From positions 1,089,643 through 1,153,642 of the forward strand of contig NW_003314286.1 of NCBI RefSeq assembly GCF_000143415.4: a stretch of DNA of 64,000 nucleotides. Reading direction: 5' to 3'. The notes beneath the pieces are model-generated. The model saw only the letters and a program-made list of their open reading frames with translations, made no database searches and was not told the origin of the DNA. This document shows positions 35,377-46,738 of the stretch, piece after piece. The first letter of the stretch is position 1; every line of letters begins with the position of its first letter. The translations under genes and the position numbers were made by a program. The stretch comes from Selaginella moellendorffii. Lineage: Eukaryota; Plantae; Lycopodiophyta.

Positions 35377-37819
35377 ATGCCTCGGACTAGCAAGAATGTG
35401 GATCACAAGCGCAGGGCAGAGGTGTTGGTAGGAAATCGCCGGGCGATGAGGCTCAAGACTCCTGGAATGAGCGCCGATCTTGCCGATCTTGCGAAGGTAG
35501 GGGCAGAGGGCGACGTGGATGTGGAGAATGGCCAAGCTCTCTCGAAATCTGGGAACTTTGTGCTCGGCGATGCCGCGAAAGTGAAGAACAATCTCCGGAT
35601 CTTCAATATGTGCTACTTGCAAGCGATCAAGGTGTGACATTCTTCCATTCTTTGGTTGTGTCTTAGATGTTTTCCTTCTCTTTTCTTTTTTCTCTTTCCA
35701 CAGGAAGAGCAGGAGCGTTGCAAGAAGATGAGGAACGCTTCCCAGCGTCCCGACTTGAAAGCGATCTCCAAGGTGATCATCTATGCCAAAACGAAGAACC
35801 TCTAACGTGTTTCTTCTTCACAGATGCTGCGCATGAACGCGATTCTTTTTCCGGAGAAGCGCATTGGCGACTTACCTGGTATGCTTTTTATGATCTTCGC
35901 GTCGAAGTATACAATGCTTCTTTCTAGGAGTAAAAGTCGGAGACACTTTCTTCTCTCGAGCTGAGCTCGTCAGCGTGGGGATCCACAAACACTGGATAAA
36001 CGGAATAGATTACATTGGAAAGGTACTTGCTAGTATCACGATGATTTATCTCTCACGCTTTGCTTAGGGAGGCAACGATCACAAGACATATAACTTGCCT
36101 CTGGCCATTTCTATCGTCATGTCGGGAGGCTATGAGGACGACGTTGACAACTCCGATGATGTGATTTACACGGGACAAGGTGGAAACAATCTCGCTGGTG
36201 ACCGGCGCCAAATGCAACATCAAGAGATGAAGCGTGGTAATCTGGCCTTGAAGGTTTGTGCTTGCTTTACGTTCCATTGGCTTACGTGCTGAGTTTGCAG
36301 AACTCTATTGAAGAAGGGAACCCTGTCAGAGTCATCCGTGGCCATGACTTGAGGCACAGCTACACTAAAAGGGTGTACACGTACGATGGCCTCTACAAGG
36401 TATTCACGATTGATTTCCTAGTCTGCGTTGTTTTAACTGTGTTTGTAGGTAGTGGACTATTGGGCTGAGAGAGGGATATCCGGTTTCAAGGTTTATAAAT
36501 TCAAGCTAAGGCGCTGTGAAGGCCAGCCAGCGCTTACGACTGAGCAAGTCCGCTTCTGTAGAGGAAAGCTTCCTGTGGCGCCATCTGAGCGCGGGTGAGT
36601 ACGCAGTGAACTTGGTTTGAAAAACTAAAGTTTGATCCTCTCTTTTGCAGACTAGTTTGCAAAGATATTTCCAATGGACTGGAAGTTTTGCCAGTTCCCG
36701 TATCGAATCTCGTGGACAATCCGCCTTGTGCACCCGATGGTATTTCACAAGTTTCATGCATTCTTTGTGTGACAAATGACTTTCGTAGGCTACAGATACA
36801 TCAACAAAATCGAAATTGATGACGGGATTGTACTTCCGCCTCCAGCGCTGGGATGCAGTTGCAAGGGGCTCTGCGTCGATCCTAAAATATGCAGCTGTGC
36901 AAAACGAAATGGACACACGTTTCCATACGTTGACAGCCATGGTGGCAGGTTCTCGACTCGATTTTTCGTGCAAGACTGATTTTCTTTTATGTTTTTTAGA
37001 CTGGCTGTGCCTCTTGACGCCGTGTATGAGTGTGGCCCAAACTGCGGGTGCGGTCCGGCATGTATAAACCGAGTGACGCAGCGTGGCCTACGTTACCGCC
37101 TTGAGGTGAGCATTGTCAAGTGTTGGCGGCGATTTTGATATGTTGTTGCTACGATTTCAGGTGTACAAAACCCAGCACAAAGGATGGGCTGTTAGATCAT
37201 GGGATTCCATCCCTGCTGGAGCGCCCGTCTGTGAATACTTTGGCAAAGTTATAAAGTCTGACAGTCTCGACGTAAAGAGCGACGTCTATTTGTTTGATCT
37301 GGATTGCATTCAAACCATGCGAGGAGTTGACGGTAGACAGGTATACCATTTACATTTGGATTCGAGAATTTCTAAAACTTCTTCTCCAGAGACGGTGGGG
37401 AGACCTGAACAAGTTTTTGGACGACCAGAATGGGAAAGTTAGCTGCGAGTCCAAGGACGCTGAGGATGCGGAACACCATGGACAAGCGGAGTTTTGCCTG
37501 GACGGAGGCGAGTGTGGAGCAGTAGCGCGTTTTATCAATCACAGCTGCGAGCCAAACCTCTTCATCCAGTGCGTTTTATCGACTCATCACGACATGCGAA
37601 TCCCTCGGATTGTACTGTTTGCAGCTGACAACATAGCACCACTTCAGGTAAAACTTTTCGCAAATCTAATAGACATCCACATAATCTTTGTTGTGAAAAT
37701 GGCAGGAGCTAAGCTACGACTATGGCTATGCACTCAACAGTGTGGTCGATTCTGATGGTCTAGTGAAAAAATTGCCGTGCTACTGTGGAGCACTCTCGTG
37801 TAGGAAGCGACTTTACTAA
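35377..37819 (+). CDS. SUVH4: H3K9 methyltransferase SUVH4/KRYPTONITE (SRA, pre-SET, SET, post-SET)
   Basis: SIVMSGGYEDD, YTGQGGNNL, YTYDGLYKV, GWAVRSWD, RFINHSCEPN, ELSYDYGY, CYCG..CRKRLY. Confidence 0.95.
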
Positions 37820-38668
37820 CAGCGGAAACGGATGTAAGGAAATTCTTGACAGATTGATGATGGCAAGTTCTTATGATATTTGTTTCGCAGGATCAGTATC
37901 ATGTTTGTATTTGATTGTAAAAGGTTGCGGCTTCGGAGGTTTATATTATCGTCAGGTTTACAACCTTTTCACGAAGGGTTAGACTGGATATTGATGAAAT
38001 TTTGGCCAAGCGAACCTTATGTAACAAGAACAAAATCTTAGACCGCGATTAATTATGTATGGAGCCAACCCAAGTACTATCTCGTTTTTAAGAGACTGCT
38101 TGAGTCTCAGAGGATTGGAAAAAGTATGAGCTTGTCACTAGGTGATACTACGATGGAGCTCGAGGTTTGGATGAGTGAAGTATGATGGAAGATCACCTCG
38201 ATTTTAAGAAGAGTGAAAAATTGTAAGATAAAATGGCGGGATCGTGCTAAAGAAGAAAAGCTCAACGGCTATATCACTCTGCTCAAATTTTTCTTTTGGG
38301 CGGTCAGTAAAGAGACGCAAATGTGCCTGGGCGCGATCACGGTGGAATAGGGTCCGACGATCTTCTCGCCCGCCCTACTCTAGGTACGCGATCTTTCTCT
38401 TCGCGCTTGTTCTTTGCTGGATCGTCTCCAATTCTGGATGCTAGGGTTGCGCGGCATGGCAAGAGGAGGGATCCGGAGGTCGCGCTGCGACGAGAATGCG
38501 AGGAGGGCCGAGGAAGAGGAGGCAGAGGCCGTGAAGCGGGCGAAAGGAGCGGATTATGGCAGCTCCAGGGAGAAAGAGGGCACTGGATCGAGTAAGGAGC
38601 AGCAGCAGAGTAGGAAGGGCAAGAAATCTGGGCGTAGGAGAGGCCGCGCGAAGAAAGACGGGAGCTCC

Positions 38669-40666
38669 ATGGCGACGGCGTTGCTCCCAATCAACGAGAA
38701 TGCATCTGGATCGTCTCTGGAAGGGGGAATCGCCAAGAAAGACGAGGATTTGCTCGTGGACAAGGCCAAAAATGTTGAAGTGGAGGCTGTGGCATGTAAG
38801 GACCTTGTTTCCTTCTTTGAGTACTTTGTTCTAAGGGGAGATTTTTGCAGTCGTGGAAAGCACGAAGCCTGCGAGTTTGAGTGAGGATGGAGAAGGTAAC
38901 TCCAACTTCGTTTGAAATTTGCTGACGAGTTTCTCGTTTCTCGTGTTTTCACAGTCGAGCTTTCGTCATCTTCTTGCATGCACAGCCCCGAATCGCCCAA
39001 GGAGAAGACTGTCATCTGGAGCAATGCTGCTTTCTGCTCAGAGCAGCAAACTCAGACGCCGACTGCGACGATGTCAGTGGAGAAAAGCGTCCTCGCATGC
39101 AACGATGATACGGTGGCTGGTATGGAACTGATGACAGCTGAAGATACCAAAGGTAGCGATGACTCTTTAGCAGTGAAACTTTCCTTGGCTGTTGATGAAA
39201 AGGAGGCCAACGAAGTACACGAAGTCAAGGTGCCAGAGAAAAATGAAATGACAGCGATCGTCGAAGACGAGGAAGTAGACCACTTGGAGAAAGAGATAGA
39301 GAACGAGATCGCACTTCTGACTAAGAGGTTGGCGGAGCTTCGTGCAAAACGGGAGGCGAAACACAAGACACAGGAACGAGCAAAGCGTGCACTCAGCTGT
39401 CCCCCGACTCCGCTTTCGTCCGGACTACAGGAACAGACGAACGATGGAGACAAGAGTAAGAGCCGGGGGAAAGGAAGGATGGTGTCGGCCAAGTTTCTGC
39501 AGTGGCCAACAAAAAGTCCTGACCTTGAACCAAAGACGTCGGAGAAGCGGGCGTCCTTTAGAAGAAACGAGGCTACTACGATTTCCTTTCAAGCTACTCC
39601 GACGAATGCCGTGACTCCTTTCTCCAAAGGTACTTCGACGGGTGCTGTGACTTCTTTTTCGAAGGCTACGACTCCTCATCATGGCCGTGCTCCTGTTCCG
39701 GACGCTGAGCAAAAGGAAACTTCTCTCAAGTCGGCTCCAAGAGTTTCTGTTCCGGACGCTGAGCAAAAGGAAGCTTCTCTCAAGTCGGCTCCAAGAGTTC
39801 CTGTTCCGGACGCTGAGCAAAAAGAAACTTCTCTCAAGTCGGCTCCAAGAGTTCTTCTTCGAAGCAAAGCCATTGAGAAACTCCAGGCAGGCGCAGGTCT
39901 CAAGTGTCTAGCTCGGCCAGCGAGCTCCCTGAAGGGTAGCTACCGTTGCAGCCTCGATGGCAACTTCATCGAGCAGATCCGAAACCTCAGCTTAAGCCCC
40001 GCCACCAGCAACGTTTCGGAGGCATCCAAGAAGTTCGACTGGACCAAGTCGCTTAGATCTGGAGCTACCGTGGAGAAGAGGCCCCAGGTTGACGAGAGCC
40101 ACAAGAAGGCAAAGGGGACTCCGGAAGCACAGCTTCTAGTCGATCTCAAGGAGAGCAACAAGGCGTCCAAAGTTTCTCCGTCCGTGACACGAAAGGTGAG
40201 GAACGTTGCAAGCCGGTACAACGAGTCTCCTGCTCAACACCAGCCTACGAGGAAGCGATCTCTGGACATCCCGTCTCAAGCGCCAGAGATGGGAGGAGCG
40301 GCACCAGCAGCTTCGAGCCACAGGAAAAGAGTGTCACTCGATCAGCAGCAGCAGCAGGAGCAGGCAGTGGTCGACGCAGCAAATCCTCCAGCTCGAAAGT
40401 CTGGCATTGGAGCAGCGGCAAGGTCCGGATTGAGTCGTCTCCGGCCGAGGAATCCAGCGAGCAAGGAGGCGATGAAAACGCCACCGATGAGAAGAGATGG
40501 ATTGGAGAGCGAGCTCAAGAAGCTGCCGGGTCTGGTGATCAACCGGGAGGTGGAGTATAGTCCCAGAGACTCGGGCTGCGTGAAGCGCGCGAGCCAACAA
40601 GGAGGACAGAAGAGCTTCTTCCTAAGCACCGAGAGCTGGGACGCTGGCCATCGAGATGAAAAGTAG
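38669..40666 (+). CDS. Uncharacterised land-plant protein with a coiled coil and basic low-complexity regions (3 exons; start could be 38457)
   Basis: In-frame splicing of short introns into the 584-aa ORF; EKEIENEIALLTKRLAELR and C-terminal SPRDSGCVKR...KSFF. Confidence 0.7.
39692..39853 (+). repeat. 3 x 54-bp coding tandem repeat (PVPDAEQKETSLKSAPRV)
   Basis: Three near-identical units visible in both DNA and protein. Confidence 0.95.
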
Positions 40667-40848
40667 AGAAAATCTAAGCGAGGTAACGTTTGTTTCTTCT
40701 TTTTTTTTATCTCCCATGGTTTGATCGCTCAACTTCTGGCTGGGTCATCCTTTTCAAATAAGGGGAATATGCTTGTTGTTAAATACTATGCGAATATACT
40801 CGTTGTTCTAAGAATATTTAGGGTTCTACGGAAGAAGGTCAGGAGGTT

Positions 40849-42303
40849 ATGGCTGGCGCCCCGCCTCCAGGTTTGGCGATCGCGCCGATCGATCGATCAA
40901 TCACTGACGCTTCTCTCTTGTAGACGATAGCAGCCTGGTGGTGGTGTTGCTGGATACGAGCCTGCATTTCTGGAATGCAGTGGTGAGGTCCTCTTCAGGG
41001 CTCCAACAGGTGAGAATATTTTGCATTTCCTTGAAAGGGGCCAGTTTGATCTCTTCGTTTCTCACAGGTTTTGTCATTCCTCAATTCTCTGGCGCTCATG
41101 AATCACATGAACCATCTGGTGATTATTGCGAGTGGATGCAATTCTTGGTGAGTGACAAGAACTTCTTTTTGCCGTTGCTAAAAATTTTCCCTGCCTGTAA
41201 ATTGCAGCGAATTCTTATATGATTCTTTGGACTCAGATGAAAGAGCTGGTGCAAATCACCAGACGGCCTCGGAGAAGATTGTACAGAAATTAAATGATTT
41301 CGTTTCCAGGGATGCTACTCAGCCTCCGAAATTCCAGCCTTCGCTACTCTCGGCGTCCTTGTCAATGGCTCTTTGTTGTGAGTATCTCATTTCTATCCTT
41401 TTAGTTTTTCCTCTTTCCCTTCGCAGATATCCAAAGGGCACTCAAAGAAAAGATAGGTCCTTCCAAGCCCAGGGTGAGTAGCGTGGTTTGACCCGCTTGT
41501 CTTACATTTGCTTACTACAGATGCTTTGCTTGCAAGCCTCGCCTGACGCTCCTCATCAGTAGGATATTTTGTTTTTTTGTTTTCTTTTTTCCGAGTAATA
41601 CGTGGTTTCATACGATGGTTCGGGTTTTGAAGGTACATTGCTATCATGAATGCGATCTTCTCAGCACAGCGTTCCATGGTTATCAAGTTTCACGAGCTTT
41701 ATCAAGAAGCGTATATTAACCATCTCTTACTGCGTTTTAGGTGCCAATCGATGCGTGCATGGTCGGTGCTCAACATTCGGCCTTTCTTCAACAGGTTTGA
41801 AGTGAGACTCTTTCGTTTCCTTTTCTTCTATCGTAACATTCCAGGCCGCGGACATTACCGGTGGAACTTACTTAATGCCGCAACAAGCGGATTCGCTGTT
41901 AGAGTACTTGATGGTATAAAACTTGGAACTTCCTTTTTCATTCTTAAGAGATGTTTCCGGCAGACAATTTTCACAGTGGATTTACACTCTAGGCAATTCA
42001 TCCAGCTCCCCCGCTCGGCAGGAGTGGATTTTCGGGCCTCGTAAGGAGAAGAGAAAAAAGCTTCAATCAAATTATAACAGACATTCTTTGCAGCTGTTTC
42101 TGCCACAAACGCACAATTGACATGGGCTATATATGCTCGGTTTGTTTATCAATCTTCTGCAAGCAACATAAGGAGTGCTCAACTTGCGGGTAAGTCAAGA
42201 CTTTTGTCTACTTTCCTCTTTTCCATCTTCTGACGTGAGGGAAAAAAATTACAGCTCAAGCTTTGCTAGCAGCGGCACGAAGCGCAAGACGCCCGCCTCG
42301 TGA
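40849..42303 (+). CDS. TFB4: TFIIH subunit p34/Tfb4
   Basis: SLVVVLLDT, SLSMALCYIQR, YIAIMNAIFSAQR, VDFRASCFCH, GYICSVCLSIFC..CSTCG. Confidence 0.9.
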
Positions 42304-42354
42304 CTCTTACACAGAATACAACAGCCGACCTCCTGCTGCGGTTTTGGTGGTATT

Positions 42355-43050
42355 AGTTCCAACTCCCAGGATCAACTCCCTTCGTCGATGCTTGGCTCAT
42401 GTCGTGCCGCCGCACGGCCTCCTTGAGCTTTCTCTGATGCTCTCGAAGCGAGTGATACATGACAAGTGCCACGACCTTTCCAGAGTCGAGATCACGAGCC
42501 TTGTATACGTTACTGTAAGTTCCTTGTCCAATCTGCAATGATAAGAAACGTTCCCATAAAATCTTTGCTGTCCTTAACCTTGTCAAGCTTTTCGAAAGAA
42601 TCAACATCCAGCCTTTGATCGCCTCGCCAGCCACCGCCATCCGCGGCGACCTTGGGGAAGGATTTGGATCCTGTGCATGGATCCTGTGCAGCCTCGCCCG
42701 GCGCTTGTCCATGCTCCTGGCTTTGGATCTCTCGAACACGATCCAACTCGATGCTCGTAGATAAATGCGCAGCTGTGGCCGCGAGTAGGATTTGTCGTTG
42801 GGACTTTCCTGCGATCAGGACGACTTTGCGCAGATAGGTGCGCTGTGGAGACTAGCTTCTTCCTTGATTGCAGCTCCTAGCTGCGGCAGCTCATTCCCAT
42901 CCATTGGAATCCAACGCAGCTCCTCGGATTCTCGAGCGGGCAAGCGCTTCTCCCAGCTCCCGGAGCGCCGTAAAGAGTGACATCTAGACTGCAAGACAGC
43001 ATTCGCAATACCGCCGCCATCTCCTACCTGTGATGGCACACGCGTAGGCA
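42355..43050 (-). pseudogene. Heavily deleted copy of the CDK-like kinase gene (46739-49341) including its 5' region
   Basis: Joins IGQGTYSNVYKARDLDSGKVVAL directly to the last-exon HQRKLKEAVRRHDM; the kinase core is absent. Confidence 0.92.
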
Positions 43051-43082
43051 ATAGGAATTCACGCCCGGTACGTACTCCGTAG

Positions 43083-45513
43083 TTAATTTAATGGCATTTT
43101 CTCCTGCTTCAACCGTTTGCGCCCGGCTTTCTGCTTGGCTTTCATTTTAGCAGCTTCAGCTTCCATTAAACCGTTGAGTGGAATTGCTAGAATCAGGTCG
43201 GGTGTGCTGGGGAACTTCTTCCTCGAGGACGCATCTGGGATTCCGTACTTCTCTGCAATGTCCTGCAATTCCGCTCTGAGAAACATCCCACGGTATTTCT
43301 GTTTGTCGGCCAGCTGCTCATCCAGTTCGTTCTCTCTCTGCTTCTTCCTGGCCTTCTTTTCGTTTGCAAGCCTCTCCCTCAATTTGCCCAACTCCTTTAG
43401 CAGCGCAATTTCCTCCTCTGTCAACCGCAAACACCTGTCAAAAGCAATCTCTGCTTTTGTGTATGCAACTGTGCCGTCGTCCTGCTCATAATGCGTCACC
43501 AGTTCCTTCGCTTCCTTGTTCTTAGTGCCCTTAGTCTTCTCCGGAGTTCCTGAAACATAGCAAGTTAAGAAAAGCCAAGAAAAGATTCCTAGGCTACCTT
43601 TCTTCCTGGATGTCGGCTTGTTAGTCTTCTCCGGAGTTCCTGAAACATGCGGGGTCATTAGACAAGAGAAGCCATAATTAAACTACGTTACCTTGTTCTA
43701 ACGTCCTGTTTTCCTCGTGCTCCTCCGACGGAAGAGAAGTCGGCTTCGGGCAGACGTACACATAATATAGCTTGAAAGGATCAGTAAGGATTGTCCACTG
43801 TATAAATTCTTCTCGACGCACGAACTTAAACTCTGTACTTCTGTGAGCTCCGGGGTTGAGGCACACCTGAACGAACCAGAAGTGTAGCATTCCATGCCCG
43901 TCCTTCCAGACAAGCAAGCCGTCAACGTACTTGAAATTAAACGATCCTGTCATGTAGAAAACCTTCTCGTTCGTGTTCAAGTCGCTGGCGGTTATCAGCT
44001 TCGGCTTGCCAGATAAACTTTCAACCCGATCCGCCCGGTAGTTGGTGCCTCGAAAACAGAAGCCCTCGTCCAATACAGCCTCTGCTACAATCCCCTCGCA
44101 TATGTATCCTACTTGGGGCCAAACGGTGTTCCTTTCCTTCAGTAGCTGTTGAAGGAGCGCACGCATCTGCGGAGTTCGGTACACATGGCTCTCCCTCCTT
44201 AACAAACGCATCTGGAGATCGAGTTCCCGGATAAACGGAGTGCAAGGAATCGAAGACTCCTGGCCGGCAATAGGGAGAAGAAATCCGTCCACGAGGTCGG
44301 GCTGCTTCCGCATTGACTGGAAATTTTCATCCTCCCTGAATAACGAGACAACCTCACTCCAGTCGCAAGCATCAGCAAGGAATTTATGGCCGGGTGGCAA
44401 ACAATGAGCTGACGAAACTATCTCAGTCGTAGACCTAGAGGGTACCTGCCAACGAAGAAACAATTAGCTGAAACATAGTTGATGACCACATACCGGCCCA
44501 GTTTCAGTCTTCCGCTTCAATACCGCCATCGCGAGCGGATTCTCAACTTTCCGCTTGTTGGAAGCAGCACCAGTTATTGTCTTCACGTACTGCGCACATT
44601 TTTCCTCGAGCAAGTACAAGGACATAGGATGTCTCCCAGCAAGATGGTCCACCACAGCGACACGGTCAGGATTCTCTCGGAGCATCGGGCCGAGAATTTT
44701 ACAAGTCGTGAGAAATGTATTGTACTCCTCCTGCAGTAAGCAAGATAATGACGATACGCGAAGAAAAATCTATTTTACCGAGGTGAAAAGACAATTGAAA
44801 TGCTCGTTGATATGTGTTACGTCCACCCGAGTTACGTTGCGCGAAAATGTCTGGAACCTGTGAGTAGACCACTTGTAAAAGACATCTAGCCAGCGGCTGG
44901 CTGCCTGTGCATCTTCTGTATCCTCCAAACGCCTAGGTGAACCGTCCTTGTGTGACTTATCGTAGCGTTCTGCGCCATCAACCAAGAGAAAGAACTTCTC
45001 ATTCTGAACTCTGATTTTCAGAAAAGCATCCAGGCTGTCAGGGGAGTCAATAAGCCCAATCTTCTCGACAGCTTCGGCGTCATCGCTGAAGGCGAAGTAG
45101 AGTGCGGCCGTAATCTGTGGGACGAGAGGGGCCATCGCATCTAAGTACCAGATGCATATGATCCTGAGTTTCGGAATCTGGGCCGAGATAAGCAAGATTG
45201 CCAAGGCCCGCAAAAAGCATGATTTCCCTGAACCCTTTACGCCACTCAAGGAAACTACGCATGAGACATCCAAGGCTGGGTTCTCCCCAATCTTTTCAAC
45301 AAGACGCGAAAGTATCTTCCCGTATTCCTGCCGAGTTACAAAATCGAAGACCTTAGACGGCCTCGTGCCTGTTCTAGACCAGGGCAAACCGGGGAATGGC
45401 AGAGACGCAACGATCTCACCTGGCCTTGGATCGACTAGCTTCCTGAAGTTCTCGTCCCCAAGGGCAATGATCATCTGCTTGATTTGCTCCGCTCGCACCG
45501 CATCCGCTGCCAT
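43083..45513 (-). CDS. Crinkler(CR)-type P-loop NTPase plus REase-like protein with C-terminal HEH/Rho-N-like motif, ~744 aa (exons 45513-44779, 44730-44494, 44445-43692, 43639-43598, 43549-43083)
   Basis: Walker A GVKGSGKS, Walker B FFLLVDG, LAGRHP, then FNFKYVDGLL...FWFVQVC...H. GT-AG junctions give 2235 nt in one open frame. Confidence 0.72.
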
Positions 45514-45659
45514 TCGGTTGAAACCTTAATATGATATACTTCACGAAGACTAGGTCTCAACTCCAGAGAGCAGTTCCTTCGAGGCCCTGGCAAATTCTCT
45601 TAAGAAAATCGCTTTCTGATTAAGATGGAGCTAAGTGAATTTCTGGCACTCCTTACATT

Positions 45660-46640
45660 GTGAGCCAACAGGGAGGAAAGAAGAGCTTTTCCCTAAGCAC
45701 CCGGGAAGAGTACAGTTTCAAGAATATTTAGGGTTCCCGGGAATCTAAGCGCGGACCATCTTTTTATAATAAGTCGTCGTTTTAAGAACATTAAAGGATC
45801 GAGCGATCGCACTGATAGATGATAGCAGCCTGGTGGTGGGGCAGCATTTCTGGAATGCAATGGTGCGGTCCTGTTCAGGGCTCCAACAGGGAGAAGATTG
45901 TACAGAAGTTAAATGATTTCGTTTCCAGGGATGCTACTACAGCCTCCGAGAGTCCAGCCTTCGCTACTCTCGGCGCGCTTCATTTCTATCCTTTTTAGTT
46001 CATCCTTTCAAGCCTCCACATCAGTAGGATCTTTGATTTTTTTTCCAATCCAATGGTTTGCGTTTTATTGCTAATGCGATCTTCTCAGCACAGCGTTCCA
46101 TGGTTATCAAGTTTCACGAGCGTATCTCTTACTGCCTTTTAGGTGCCAATCGATGCGTGCATGGTCGGTGCTCTACATTCGGCCTTTCTTCAGCTGATAC
46201 TCTTTTCTTTCTTTCCTTTTAGTGTAAAATTCCAGGCCGCGGACATTACCGGTGGAACTTCTCTAATGCCGCAACAAGCGGGTTCGCTGTTAGAGAGTAT
46301 TTGAGAAAGTTGGAACTTGTTCTTTCTTAGGCACGGTGGATTCACAGTGGATTACACTCAAGGCAATTCATCCAGCTCCCCCGGAGTGGATTTTCTGGCC
46401 TCGTAAGTAGAAGAGAAATAAAACTTCAATCTCAACTTATAACAAACATTCTTTGCAGCCGCTTCTGCCACAAATGCACGATTATCAATCTTCTGCAAGC
46501 AACATAGAGAGTGCTCAACTTGCGGGTAAGTCAAGACTTTTGTGTACTTTGTCTTTTCCATCTCCTGACGCAAGGGGAAAAAAATTACAGCTCAAGCTTT
46601 GCTAGCAGCGGCACGAAGCGCAAGACGCCCGCCTCGTGAC
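45660..46640 (+). pseudogene. Deleted duplicate of TFB4, preceded by a piece of the 3' end of the 38669-40666 gene
   Basis: Blocks match ~40590-42303 with several exon and intron deletions; the last exon is nearly identical. Confidence 0.92.
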
Positions 46641-46738
46641 TCTTACACAGAATACAACACTGGTGGTGGCCGACCTCCTGCTGCGGTTTTGGTGGTATTA
46701 GATCCGACTCCCAGGAAGGGAAAGACAAGTACCTGGAA

